Source: Felis catus (Eukaryota). From it: a stretch of DNA of 64,000 nt. Positions 1 through 13,695 of the stretch are shown one piece after another. The position numbers were made by a program, and so were the translations under genes. How positions within the stretch are numbered: position 1 is the stretch's first letter; each line of letters begins with the position of its first letter. The notes beneath the pieces were generated by a model. The model did no database searches and was not told where the DNA came from. It saw only the letters and a program-made list of their open reading frames with translations. The stretch lies in assembly GCF_018350175.1 (NCBI RefSeq), contig NC_058368.1, positions 159,280,001 through 159,344,000 of the forward strand, given 5' to 3'.

Positions 1-129
1 AGGCTGTGGAAACATCTTAATGAAGACAAAGGCTTGGAATTTTGCAAAAGAATTTGCAAGGTCCCCTCTCACCAGCATGTCTTGCCAATTTTGTTGGTAA
101 CACTACTTGACAGTATATGGTCTCTTAAT

Positions 130-392
130 TAAGTCTTTGCATTTTCCTCCTATTGCCTTGCCTGTCTTTCTCATCCTTTGTCCTCTCTCTACTATCTTCT
201 CTTCCTATAGTCTCACCTCTGCATTTCCTCCTAGGTCTCCCTTTCCCCTGTTTATCCTTATCCCCAACTGAGCCCATCACCTTCTCTCTCCTCCCCTCCT
301 TACCCATTCACACTCTTCCCTCACCCCTTCTTCCACATGTACTACCTCCCATTCCATTTCTGTCCTTTCCCTCCATCTCCTTTTTCCATTCC
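130..392. repeat. Pyrimidine-rich (CT-rich) low-complexity tract
   Basis: Strongly C/T-biased + strand; explains the spurious ORFs at 125-489. Confidence 0.7.
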
Positions 393-1042
393 CAAAAGTG
401 TGGTTCTTAAAGTGTATCTTCTTTATAAACATATTTGTAGTCAATAAGGAAATATCCTCAGCTTGCCTGGAAGGATACTTATTAATCACCTCTAAAGTAG
501 AAAGAGAACTAGGATGATAATGATAATAGTAATAGTATTGCTATGAGCTGTGTAGATTGCTCTTTTTACTGTTTAGATCCCAACTAGTATTTTTCCTCTT
601 ACAAGTACAGAATACATTGAATAGGATACAGATTTTCTTTGCAAGATAACATCCCCTTTCCCTGGTTAAAAAAAATGTATGTGTTTTTTCTTGCTTTACA
701 AATTTTTGATGGGAAGTTTACAAATTTGAGGCTAGCAGTTTTATGAGATGTGACAAAGGTATAGTTCTGTTGTTCTCACTACCTCACAGCAAGTGAGAAA
801 ATACAGGTAAAAGTAAAGTGCAACTCCCACAGGTAAAAATGCCTCTCTTTCTTCCAAACAAGTGCTCTAGTATTGCACAAAACAAAAATATACAATCAAT
901 AGGGAATGACTGAATAGCACTGTGCCAAAGAGAAAGAAATGGAATGGAATGAAAAGTAAAATGCCTCAGTTGTAGTGCTTCTCAGAGAACAATATGATTT
1001 TTCCTTTTAAAGAATACACAAGGGATATGGGTAAAGCCATAC

Positions 1043-1139
1043 CGTATACTTTAAAAAAGTAGATTTATAGACACATGAGAAAAGTTGGTGTTGATAATAT
1101 GTAGTCTCTTAAGAAAGTTTTTATGAAGACGATATTGCA
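1043..1139 (-). other. Candidate 97-nt exon, with stops in all three frames
   Basis: Minus-strand acceptor ttttttttcccttag| and donor ACG|gtatgg; splice signals only. Confidence 0.25.
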
Positions 1140-1616
1140 CTAAGGGAAAAAAAATCTAAGAAAGAACTTTACAAATGCATAAAATGCTCATGCATTACTG
1201 CTTTTCTGAATTCCAAAGAACCATATGCTAGGTCAAGTCTTAACTAGTTTGAAGTACCGGGTTGATTTACTTATACAACAATTTACTGTTTTACTCAGTA
1301 TTCAGCTTCCTGAATTTTACTGTTGTCAAGTATCATTATTTTTCTTAACCAGTGGTCTCATTCTCTGATCAAATGTGGTTTTAAAAATGCAACTCACCAA
1401 CACAACTATGACATTTACATTTACCATTTAAATTTTAACTGGTAATTATTATTTCATTATATTCAGTTAAAAGGCCATATCAGGTGCCTGAGTTAAGAGA
1501 TAAGCTGGAAAGAAGACCTTAAGGAAAAATGTGTTTTAAATGTTGGTGGGTACAAGTAGGTGTGCAGTAAAGGTCAGGTCTTGGGGTCTAGCTGTTGACA
1601 TGAATACATTTTCTTA

Positions 1617-1655
1617 ATCTCTCTCTCTGTCTCTCTGTCTCTCTCTGTCTCTCTC

Positions 1656-1715
<60 letters not shown>

Positions 1716-1716
1716 A
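1617..1716. repeat. Compound (CT)n/(CA)n microsatellite
   Basis: Directly visible. Confidence 0.95.
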
Positions 1717-2975
1717 GTCCATTCTTCAATTTATACTCACACACACATATACAATCATATGCATATACACATTTGTTTATACTTTATCTGACTTGGTCTT
1801 TTCCTTTTATTTCATGGATCTACCAAATTGTTAGGAACTCTCTATTTTACATTATCTTTTATAATTGTTCAATCCTATGTAAAGAGGTCAACTGAAATGA
1901 AACTGAATTTGTTAAGGTTTTAATTTCATTTTTTGAGTTTTGTGCACATTGCTGATGAAGCTTGTTAAATCAGATTCCAATGTAAGAAATCACAGTTGTT
2001 GAAGACATACTTGAGCTCCTTTGCAAACCAATATCTAGCATGTGTTTTTATCTTACCATTTTACCATAATAGCAGTATCATAACTGGTAATAAGTTGAAA
2101 ACTTTGAGAGTACACTTCAGAGAAAAAAAAATCTTCAAAAAAATAAGTAGTTTAAACCCAGAGATAATCCACTCACATATTTGCTGAAAAATACAAAAAC
2201 AAAGTATTTGCCCATAAACTGTCAAAAATGTCCCATAAACCATGTTTTTGACTGTATTTGTATTTATAAAATAAAGAGACAAATGCAGTTTATGTAATCT
2301 AAAATGAGCACATAATTCAATATAATGCTGTATAGGCTGAGAGTTTAAATATTTAATAATGATAAGGCCATTTATAATATCTTCTATGTTTTATCAATCA
2401 ATCATAGTTAAAGTAGTAATTACAAATTTTTCTTTCTGTTAAAGTAACTTAATTTTCATTTGGACTTTTACTTTGTAAACTCAAAGTGGCCCAAAGGGGA
2501 GAAAAGTTCAGAAATTATCCTGTGGTATTTGTATGTTCATCACTTCATCACTGTAATAGTAACACCAAAGTTTCATTTTTCTAGTAGCAATTAATGCGTC
2601 AATTTTCCACAACTCCATATTGTTATTTCCTTGTTTCATTGGACCAAATAAAAATTGTGTTTTTTTTTCCCACAAAAAATTATCTACAATGATTCCAGAG
2701 AGAAAGTTCGGATCGGCAGCTGTCTAGGGAAATGAGTGTTTTTCTGACTTTTTTTTTTTCTCCACAGAGCTCTGTATACTCTGTGTTTCACAGACTTCTC
2801 ATGTGTGAATTAAAATGAGCTGAACATAAGAAACTGAAATGACAAAAAGCTCATTTAATTTGTTTTGTGGGATTTTTTTAAATGCCTTTAAGAGAAGAAA
2901 TTGAATGGTACATGCTTAGCTATCTTTTAACTACTGAGATGTGAACCTCTAACTCACCTCACAGAGATGATAAGA

Positions 2976-3160
2976 TTTTTTTAAGTTTATTTATTTATTA
3001 AGAAAGAGAATGGGGAGGAGGAGAGAGAGAGGGAGTCCAAGCAGGCTCTGCATTGTCAGAGTAGAGCCTGCTGCAGGGCTCTATCCCACAAACTGTGAGA
3101 TCATGACCCCAGATGAAATCAAGAGTCAGACGCTTAACTGACTGAGCCACTCAGGTGCCC
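2976..3160 (-). mobile_element. Can-SINE (SINEC_Fc-like), older copy
   Basis: T-rich tail, GA tract, ends ...actgagccactcaggtgccc; degenerate TSD atgataa(g/a)atttt. Confidence 0.9.
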
Positions 3161-3619
3161 TGAAATGATAAAATTTTAAAAAAGCTTTTTTTCTCATGAT
3201 AAAATTTCTGGGTTATGTGTAAAAACAACTCCAAAGAGCTCTCTACTGAAGATCTAGCTCCATACTGGCCTTATTAAATATTGCTATTTTCAGAACCACC
3301 TTCTTTGCTCCTCTCCTGTCCTAATGCAGAACATACTCTCTCTGACTCCCTTACTAGGCTAGTTTGTGAAATCTCTCATTACAGTTTGAATTACTTCATT
3401 CTCCAAAATATAGCTAAATTTTTTGTTTATTTTCTCATTTAACAAAACACATATTCAGGTCTTCATTGATCTGGCCAAGTCCTGATTTCTATGTCCACCT
3501 GCCCACTCATTTTACTTAGTTTTGCTAACATCATCTGGATTAAGTATACATGTTTGTTAACTTCCAGGTTCACAATGGATGCAGTTCAGTATTTGTATTG
3601 TACAAAATTTGTTTTTTTT

Positions 3620-3752
3620 TAATTTTCAGTTAAAAGTTCCTTGAGGGCAGGTATTATGTTGCAGTCATGTTTGTAACACTTGTATTTTGGAAAATTTCAA
3701 GAATATAGCAAATGGTCAATAAACATTTATTGAAAGAATGAAGGGATGAATT
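3620..3752 (+). mobile_element. L2 3' end relic
   Basis: aagttccttgagggcagg...caataaacatttattgaaagaatgaa resembles the L2 terminus. Confidence 0.6.
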
Positions 3753-4594
3753 AACGGTCTGTAAGTAGTAACTTGGGAATAGTTGGGGCAAATATCATTA
3801 ACTTTCATGAATTTAATTCAAAGGTAATTATTTAGCCCCAAAGCGAATGTATATATGGTGAATCAATAACCCAAAATATCTACATACATGTGATTATTTT
3901 TTCTCAAAAATGTTTAACAAAATATTTGTGATCTCTTAGACAACCAGATAGATGAGCTAGCTAGGGAGAAACTTGCAAAAGGATATAGCAGTCAGGCTCA
4001 GTAACAAATATTTAGTAGATACTACAACATTCCAAACAAATTAAGACATGCAGAAAAAATGATTAAAGTGAGTCAGTGACAAGATAATCTAATTGTCTAA
4101 AGGAAGTAATAATTTATATCTAACCTTTGCTTTTAATCCATAAACTATCTAAATATTTTAAGTTTATAAGTAGGATTTGTATATTTTTAATGCTCCCCAG
4201 GGAAATGAATCCTTTTTAAAAAAAAATTAACATTTTGAGTGTCAGTGACCTGTATTTTCCTATAATCTACACTTGAAATAAGTCTGTTGCTTTCAGACTG
4301 TGCACCTTATTAAAATAGCCATATTTATTTTATGTTGAATGCAATTTACCTACTATTATCTAATCACAATACAAAAATCTTGACTACATTAAACTGACAG
4401 GGCAACCGATTTCAGATATCTATGGTAATGCATATATTTTCCTTTTTTTTATGTCATAAATGAGGTCTTTCCATATTTGGTTATCAACCTGTGATGAGCA
4501 GATCCTTGCAGAACAACCATGATACAGTGGTTTCTGATATCAATGCTGAGCCTTCTCAGATCCCAGCTGTGACAAAGATTCTTTTTCTCCGTTA

Positions 4595-4799
4595 AAAAAA
4601 ATTAATGTTTATTTTTGAAAGAGAGAGAGGCAGAGCGAGAGTGGGTGAGGGACAGAGAGAGGGAGACAGAGAATCCAAAGCAGGCTCTAGGCTCTGACTG
4701 TCACCCCAGAGCCCAACGCAGGGCTTGAACCCACAAATCATGAGATCATGACCCAAGCCAAAGTCAGATGTTCAACCAACTGAGCCACCCAGGCGCCCC
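4595..4799 (-). mobile_element. Can-SINE (SINEC_Fc-like)
   Basis: Ends ...ctgagccacccaggcgcccc; TSD tctttttctcc. Confidence 0.93.
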
Positions 4800-5936
4800 A
4801 TCTTTTTCTCCATTTTTATCTGTATTTCTTTCCTCAGATTATTTTGTGTTCTCAATATTGTGTCCTTGTCCTGTGTTGTCCATGGCCACTAAAAGTTTAC
4901 ATGGAACAGTGTACTATTATGTACCAAGTTCTTACTCCATGCTTTTCTTATGTACTTTATTCAAAGTTAATTTTAAGTATAGTTGTTTTTCTTTATCACT
5001 TTTATTGCTGATGAGAGTTGCTTCCTCTAGTGCGTTCTACAGGTTGTCTACTGCTATGTACTTGCTATTCTGAAGAAAAATCTGCGTGGGTATACGTGTG
5101 TGTGTCTAATCTGGGTGTCTTTTGTCTTGAATTGCTGTGTTATTATGTTAAATGTGGAAAAGAAGTTACTTTTTATTTAATATCTTAAACAGTTGTCAGA
5201 ATAAATTCCCAAATGTTTCCTTCATAAAAGTACAGAATTGCTACTGGACATAGTTGTCCTGATATGATTTATTTTAAACTTTGAATACAATCTCAGAAAG
5301 GCCATTACTATTTAATTATTTCATGCACTCTCTTGTGTAGGATTTACTTGCCCAACAACCTTAACAGGTGTTACTAATCACCTGAATGACAGCTGCACAA
5401 GTTACAGGCATGGTGATTGGAAATATTGATTCCTTCTATAATTTTAATCATCTGTGACTGATGGAAATGCTACAATATGACATATGAAGGGATGCATGGA
5501 GCAGAAGAAGGAGAAAAAGGAGGAGGGGGAAGGGGAAGAGGAAGGAGAAGGTAGACTCTATGTATTATGAGATTTTTAAAAATATAAAATTCTAGGAAGA
5601 TGGAAACCGAGGGTATAAATGATAAATGAAATATATGGATGATCTGCAAAGAATGGTGGTAGAAAAAAATGGGCAAAGAAAAGGGACATTTTAGGTTTTA
5701 ATTAACCCACAGTATGAAATATGCTTTAGCTCGTAGGGAGAAATGTATGTAATAGAAAGAATGTTGAGAGCATCGTTACTTGGGAAGAAGAATATTTCTC
5801 TAGTACCCTGGTTTTCCCTGGTTTCCCTGGTAAACCAACACTAGACATAGTTTAAGTGAATAAGTTAAACTGTTAGGATACATTTGTAGGTTTTAAATTA
5901 TTTTAGGAGAAAGCAGCAATCCATGAAGAGTGTGTC

Positions 5937-5969
5937 TTTTTTTTTTTAATGTTTACTCTTGAGAGAGAG

Positions 5970-6030
<61 letters not shown>

Positions 6031-6194
6031 ATGAGTGGGGGAGGGGAAGAGAGAGGGAGACACAGAATCCAAATCAGGCTCCAGGCTCTGAGCTGTCAGC
6101 ACAGAGCCTGATGCAGTGCTGGAACTCACAAACCCCAAGACTGTGACTTGAGCCAAAGTTAGATGCTTAACCGACCGAGCCACCCAGGCGCTCC
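5937..6194 (-). mobile_element. Can-SINE with expanded (GA)n tract
   Basis: SINE body with ~60 nt GA repeat; TSD tgaag(a/t)gtgtgtc. Confidence 0.93.
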
Positions 6195-6989
6195 ATTGAA
6201 GTGTGTGTCGTTACCACCTGCAGTTAATATGAGAAGGATCCAAATCTTTTCACATTGCTTACATAAGAGCAACTTTCTGTGGAGTCAATCTTTCACACTA
6301 ACTTGGATTTACTGTGAGGAAACTACATGTATGTATGTATGTATATATGTGTATGTGCATGTGTGTCTGTGTTTTTGTATATATATACACACATAGAAAG
6401 ACTTTTTTTATGTAGTTTTGACTTTTTTATGATTATTTCTTGCTGTTGGTTTTGCAGCAATTTAGCTGTGATAATTCACCTTTTGATATAAAAGGCATTA
6501 ATATCTTCATGGCTACCTCCATTTAAAATGGGTTGTTTTGTTGTAGATGGGCAAGTGTATAACCTATTCATTTAAAATGTTTTAGATCTCTTCTGTTAAA
6601 CAATTATTTTTTCTGATTATATCTGAATACACCACAGGCAGTGATAACATTCTGAAAGTTACTTGAAAGTCAGCAGGATAATATAAGAAACAAAGGGTTA
6701 AGATGGGTTGAGCAGACTGGGTATTTCTGTCTGTCTTGTAGTGTATTCCTGCATTCACTCTGAACCAATCTGATCTGAACTTGATCAATCAGTAAGATTC
6801 TTGGTGGTTTAAGCTTATTTGGGAATCATATAGCTCAGGGCTGTTAAAGTCCTCAGAATTGTTTTTTGAGAATGTTAAATTTTATCTATTCACTTAAAAA
6901 ATAGGGAACTACTAATATAGGGAAGACTCAAGTAGCTTTTGACATTTATAACATAAGTCCAAACCATGATTTCTATAATTTGTGGCACT

Positions 6990-7875
6990 TCAACTTATCA
7001 AGCTCCAATCAGAGCAACACCCAGTGCTTCTTGCCCAAAGGCGACTAATCTTTTTGACATGTCCCATTTCCATTTACCTATGATCACCCTTCTTGTGGGA
7101 AAACTTGTAATTATTGTTGATACCTCCTTCTCCCTCAAACTGAAAATCAGTCCATGGTCACCTTTTGCAGTGTTTCTGTCATTTCTCTCCTCTCTAGTCT
7201 GCACATTGGTTTTTAGTGCTAGTACACCAGAGGAGAATCTGAGCATGCTTTGCTTGGACTACTCTGGCCCATTTAATTTATCCTCTTGACGATACCCAAG
7301 TTACAGTTCTTACAACTCATCTCATGTTTTGTTACTTCCCAACACAAAAAGTTTAATGGTGTCCCTTCCTTAAGTCCTCATAATAAATTCCCAACCTTCC
7401 TTTCTACCTCATCTTTACTACAGTATTACTAGTTTTACTAGTTTTCTATACTTCAAGCCATTTAAGTGACTAATTTTCAAAATATAGTCAGAATCTTTGC
7501 CTTTATTCTTGCTTCTCTTATACCTAAAATCCCATTTCTCCTTTTAAGTATCTCTCCTTCCCAACAATAACCTTAAACCACAAAACATTTTTCAATTTAA
7601 GGGAAACCTAAAATGTCACATAGTCTAGAAAGCCTTTCAGATACCACTCATATTCCAGGTCAAGCTGTTTATGGACCTTGGAAACTCTGGCACACACGTC
7701 TTTTTTGGCAGTTACCTTATTCCTTCCCTATTATATTTTACTTTATTTTGCATGTGCTTATTTCCAGGCTTTCTGCCTCTCCCTCAAAAAGGACACAAAT
7801 TTATCAGGGAAATCTGTTGATAGTATGTAATCATTTTACATCTAATGAGATGTTAATAAATTTTTGTTTTATTCA
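6990..7875 (+). mobile_element. Highly decayed L2 fragments
   Basis: Pyrimidine-rich L2-like text ending aataaatttttg. Confidence 0.4.
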
Positions 7876-8849
7876 GTTGAGGTACTCCTACCAATTTATA
7901 GTTTACCTTGACAGAAACATTGACCAAGTTATGTCCCATAATTTTCTTTTGCCATAGATTAAGTATCAGTTTCTTATCACTTTTATTCAGAGAAAAAGAT
8001 AAATCACTTATACTCAGAACCTATTATTTCACACTGAGTTAATTTGGCTTATACAGAAATTCTATCAGTGTTGCAAAATGGCAAACTCTCATATCTGTAC
8101 TTGTAAAATTACTTTAAAATACCTTTAAATGAAAAATCATTGAAAATAATGTGTTTTCATAAAAGAAAAAGGGTAATCACTCATGATTTTCTAAGGCGAA
8201 AACAACATGTAGGAATCTCATTTTCTCCTAATATTTATGGTAAAATGAGTTGAATGTAAGAAATTAAATTCTGATCAGACATTGTTTCTTTTGAAAAACT
8301 GCAACAGTGCTATTAGCATTTTTTTTTATAAAATTCACCTATTATTTTAACGTTTACTGTTTAATTCACTACTCTCAACACATTGAAGTTGAACTTGTAG
8401 AAATTAAGCAAATGCAACTCAGGGGTATTAATCAATCTGCCAAGATTACAGAAAAACTATCAGAAATAATACTTAAACCTTGATCTTCTACTTAAAAAAT
8501 GTATACTTGCTTCAAGGCACTCTGGGGCTTTCCATGAAAGCCAAATTAATTCATCAGGAAGTAATAGGAATTATTGACATAGAGTTTGTTGGTTGCCTAT
8601 TGGAACATACTTTTGTTTCAGATAAACTTCTCTGAGTAATAATTCTTGTCCAATAATTTGAGATTTCATTTATTTCCTTTCTACATTTACTCACTTATTA
8701 TCATTGCTAAAATTTTGCCAAATGCTTATTGATAGTTGACTATATGCCAGGAGCAGTGTTGAGTGCTACTTAGAATGATGAACCATGCAGACATGAAGAC
8801 TTGTTTGGCAGAGATTACACCTTAACAAGGAAAGCAAAGGATAATTAAT

Positions 8850-10925
8850 CTCTTTCTGGCAGTGTAGGAAATATCACTGAAAATACTAAAAGTTCTAGAT
8901 AATTTATTTTAATATTTCAAATTCCATATTAAGTAGATATGGCCATCAATTAGGAAATACTAAGAGGCTCCAAATACAATGAAAGTGGAAACAAAGTAAT
9001 TTGTTCCTTTAAGCTAGCTCCTATTTTAGAACATCTCCAGGTGACTTTGAGATTATAGTTTGATGAATTCATAGGATACCAGACTGAAGAAAGGCAAGAT
9101 AGTAAGCTTCATAGGAGAATTACCTTAAAGCTATATCCCCAAAAGGCTATGCCCACAGAATAAAGGTAAATTAGAATTCAGACACTCAGAAGAGGACAAT
9201 TTTTTTTTAAGGCTGTCCCTAATTGGGCAGTAAGCAAAAATCTCTCCCTAGCATTTAAAATTGAAAGTTAGTCCTTCCATGGGTTTTCAACATAAAGGAA
9301 CCAGAGAAATGGAAATGAAAATGGCATAATATTTCACACCCATTGCATAGGCACAAATTTAAATCTGTTAACAAGTATCATGACATCAACATGATGAAAT
9401 GAAACTGTTGTACACGTGTATAAGGAGACTTACACTAGGATATATATTATAGTACTATTTGTAATGGGAAGAAAACAAAACAATCCAACTATCAGTAAGG
9501 TGTAAATAAATACAGTCTTAAACACATAAAGGAATAATCTAGAATAATAAAAGTAACTATGGAAAACATTTATGTGTTTATGTATATATGTGTGTATATA
9601 TATTTACTGTAAAATCTCAAAACTAGATAATAAAGGGGCGCCTGGGTGGCGCAGTCGGTTGAGTGTCCGACTTCAGCCAGGTCACGATCTCGCGGTCCGT
9701 GAGTTCAAGCCCCGCGTCAGGCTCTGGGCTGATGGCTCGGAGCCTGGAGCCTGTTTCCGATTCTGTGTCTCCCTCTCTCTCTGCCCCTCGCCCGTTCATG
9801 CTCTGTCTCTCTCTGTCCCAAAAATAAAAAAATAAAACGTTGAAAAAAAAAATAAAAAAAAAGTAGATAATAAATCTCAAAATAGATTAAATCTCAAAAA
9901 TAAAATATTGAGGGATAAAAGATAAGCCAAAAAAGGACACACAGAGTGTATCTTTTATGTAAATGCATATAATGTTTATGGATACATGTATATGAAGTAA
10001 AAATATATAATCCATTGGTGATTGATATACAACAAATTCAGGTCTGGGGGAGGAGGGTAGAAACTGCATAAAAAGGGGGGCCTAAAATGTATTTATATAG
10101 GGCATAGTTTTTCTAAAACTAAAAAATGTAAATGTAATACAATGATGGCAAAATATCATTTATTAATATTATTGTATCATTTTAGTGTTTTCTAAACATT
10201 TAAAATATTACACATAACATTTTAAGAGAAAATCAGTAACTGAAACTCATCACATTAGCTGATTAAGGGAGAAAAATACTATGATTACTCGAATCAATGC
10301 AGTAAAAACACTGAATAAGATTAGAGCTCTACTGATGATTTCCTAGAAAATTAGTTGTAGGCAGAATTTTCTGTACTGTGTAAAACAGATCTACTAAACC
10401 AGTACAGCAAACTTCATATTTCATTATAAAATTTTGAATCACTCTTTGAAGTTAGTAATAAACTAAGGTATATGATATTATCCCCGTCATTCAAATTATG
10501 TTGAAGGTCATTGTCAGCACAAATAATAAATTAAGGTTATAAGAAATGGAAAAAAAAACACAAATTTTTCATTATTTACAGAGAGTTGAACCTAGTGACA
10601 ATTTTTAGAATTAAAAGATCTGGTCAGGTGGATGATTATACGATCAGCATACAAATATCAACAGTATTTCTATATAGCAGCAGCAACTTATTCAAGAAAG
10701 CAATAAAGAGATCCCACTTTCAAAACCCACAGTGATTTTATAGTACCAAGGAAAAAAATAACAAAGTATATTAAAGAAGTGTGATCACAATATCATAAAA
10801 AATTTGAAAAGCACAAAAATGATATAATAAAGTTTTTCTATGGTCTTGTATGAAAGCTACAAATGTCATAAAGTTGTCTATTCCCTAAAAGTCAAGTCCC
10901 TAACAATGTTTATTTTGGAAAATAA
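8850..10925 (+). mobile_element. Old L1 (L1M-type) fragments, interrupted by a SINE
   Basis: A-rich; decayed L1 ORF2 and 3' motifs such as aatgcagtaaaaacac, tcagcatacaaatatcaacagtatttcta. Confidence 0.55.
9635..9862 (+). mobile_element. Young felid SINE (SINEC_Fc)
   Basis: ggggcgcctgggtggcgcagtcggtt start, many intact CpGs, A tail, TSD tagataataaa. Confidence 0.97.
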
Positions 10926-10929
10926 ATGA

Positions 10930-12270
10930 ACTTGTTCCACATGCTTGTCAGCATTTGTTGTTCTGAAGTTTTATACTTTGGCCAATCTAATAAGTATGTA
11001 GTGGTATCTTACTGTTTTTCAATTTGCAATTCCCTGTGGACATATGATATTAAACATCTTTTCATATGCTTATCTTTCATCTGTGTATCTTCTTTGGAGA
11101 GGTGTCTGCTAAGGGATTTTGCCCATTTATAATACAGTTGTTTATTTTTTTTTATTGTTGAGTTTTGGGTTTCTTGTATATTTTAGATAATAGTCCTTTA
11201 TCAGATGTATCTTTTGCAAGTATTTTTCATCCAGTGTGCGGCTTGTTTTCTCATCCTCTTGACATTACCTTTCACAGACCAGAAGTTTTATTTTTTTTAT
11301 TTTTATTTTTTAATTTTTTAACGTTTATTTATTTTTGAGACAGAGAGAGACAGAGCATGAACAGGGGAGGGGCAGAGAGAGACGGAGACACAGAATCCGA
11401 AACAGGCTCCAGGCTCCGAGCTGTCAGCACAGAGTCCGACGCGGGGCTCGAACTCACTGACCGTGAGATCATGACCTGAGCCGAAGTCGGACGCCTAATC
11501 GACCAAGCCACCCAGGCTCCCCCACAGACCAGAAGTTTTTAATAATAATGAAGGCTAGCTTATTGTTATTTCTCTCATGGATTGTGTCTATCTAAAAAGT
11601 CATGGTCATACCCAAGGTTATCTAGGGTTTCTTCTGTGTTATCTCCTAGAAACTTTAGAGTTTTGTGTTTTACATTTAGGTTTATAATACATTTGAGTTA
11701 ATTTTTGTGAAAGGTATAAGGTCTCTGTCTACAATAATTTATTTGCATGTCCAATTGTTCCAGCAGCATTTGTTGAAAAGCGTATCTTTGCTTCATTCTA
11801 TTAACTTTGTTTCTTTGCCAAAGATCTGTTGACTATATTCATGTGGGTTTCTTTCTGGTCTCTATTCTGTTCCATTGATCTATTTTTCTATTCTTCTACC
11901 AATACCACTGTCTTAATCACTATAGTTGTATAGGAAGTCTTGAAGTCAGATAGTGTCAGTCCTCCAACTTTGTTCTCCATCAATATTGTGTTAGCTATTT
12001 TAGGGCTTTTGCCTCTCCGTATAAACTTTCGAACCAAAGTATCACTATCCATGAAATAACTTGCTGGAATTTTGATTGAGATTATGCTGAATCTATAGGT
12101 CAAGTTGGGAAGAATTCACATGCTGACAGGTTCGAGTCTTCCTATCCATGAAAATAGAATATTTCTCCAATAATTTACTTTTTCTTTGTTTTCTTTCATC
12201 AGAGTTTTATAGTTTTCCTCATATAGATCATACACATATTTTTTTAGGTTTTGTCTAATATTTCATTTTG
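10930..12270 (-). mobile_element. L1 (L1M-type) ORF2 3' portion, decayed
   Basis: ORF 11888-12103 (YRFSIISIKIP...GGLTLSDFK) matches L1 ORF2p C-terminal motifs YRFNAIPIKIP and GGITLPDFK. Confidence 0.88.
11290..11522 (-). mobile_element. Young Can-SINE inserted in L1
   Basis: Perfect 17-bp TSD cacagaccagaagtttt at 11273-11289 and 11523-11539. Confidence 0.97.
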
Positions 12271-12279
12271 GGAGGCCTG

Positions 12280-12900
12280 CAAGCTTTCTGAAAAACAGTT
12301 TCTTACAAATTTTAGTAAAGTTGAAGATGCGAGAATTCTACGCAGAAAAAAATTCTCCTTGTGTGTTTTTGCTATAGAAAATTTTTAATATGTGTGCACA
12401 CACATACAAACCTGTCTAAAGAGTCTTGTAACATTGTATATAAAAGCAAATATTAAAAATGCCCATCAGTAGAAAAATGGTTAAATATATTGTGATATAT
12501 TCATGAAATGGATTCCTATAAGGTAATTTTAATGGAACAAATGCACATGTATCAACATGGATAAATTTCATTAATATATTGACTGAAAAAAAACAGGTAG
12601 CAAATGGTACAAGTAGTAAACATATAAGCTTGTAAAGCATTGTTGTATATTATTTAACATAAATATTAGAAATGTATGCATATGGATTGGGAAGATACAA
12701 GCCAATATCTGAACGGCAATTATCTTTGTGGAAGGATGGAGGGAAAAAGATACATTGAGTGGGAAGATGTTTCTGCCTTATCCAGCTTTAAATACAAAAA
12801 GGATTAAAGGGATATGGCAACTTGTTAACATTTATTAAATCATCAGTTTCTCAAATATTATTTACTTTTCCATTCATTCACAATTAAAAATAAAGGCTAA
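12280..12900 (+). mobile_element. Old L1 3' end relic
   Basis: aaatgcccatcagtagaaaaatgg...atcaacatggataaatttca, typical of the L1 3' region. Confidence 0.6.
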
Positions 12901-13174
12901 AGAGTAAAAATTTAAAAATCAATATTGACAATAAGTTGTGATGCCAGTTAAGGGGAATACAGACTAAGGGGAAAACAAATAGTAAAGCCTGAACTAATCT
13001 ACACAGTCAGAAATAGTATTCCTTTAAAGCTCCTAAATGAAAGATGTGTTGAGTCAGCAGGTGATTTTTTCAGCAGGGACCTAATTGGGGAGAGGTTTCT
13101 GGCAAATGAAACATCAGATTTGAAGAAACTATTAGCGATATCAGGAAGAATTCAATTAACTAAGAGCTTTAGCT

Positions 13175-13695
13175 AGAGTAGTGCGTCTCAAATTTGCCCG
13201 AGCACTGGATTCACCTGGGGAGCTTTAAAAACTCTACGGGGCTTTTTCATTTGTATATGACTCTAAATTGCCAGAGAATCTTTTTTAAAATGCAGATTTT
13301 GATTTGGCAAATGAAAATCCTATTGAATTCTGATTTAAATTCAATATTAAAAATATTAATAATACTTCTGTACAGTAGGAACAACTAATTATAAAATGCA
13401 ATAAAAACTCCTATTGTCAAAATAAACATTTTACGATACCTAGGAATAAATGTAACAATGTATGTTGAAGAACTTTAGTAAAAAAAAAAAAAAAAATTAA
13501 GGTATCTGAAAAGTACAAAAGTGACCTAAATAAATACAGCTATGTTCTATGAACTTAAATAAAATTTTAAACATCATAAAGGAATCAGTTTCCTAAAAGT
13601 CATATTCCCAATAGTATTTTGGGATTGAGCTCTAGATTTTGCATTTCTAACAAGATTTCAGTTGATGTAAAAAGTACTGGTCTACCTTGGAAGTC
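13175..13695. mobile_element. MER5-like hAT relic, apparently split by other decayed sequence
   Basis: tcacctggggagctttaaaaa near 13211 and tgcatttctaacaag near 13640 resemble MER5A. Confidence 0.5.

Noticed and set aside
4490..4550. Possible C/D-box snoRNA (gtgatga ... ctga)
   Set aside because: Boxes are too close together, there is no terminal stem, and no rRNA-complementary guide is recognisable.
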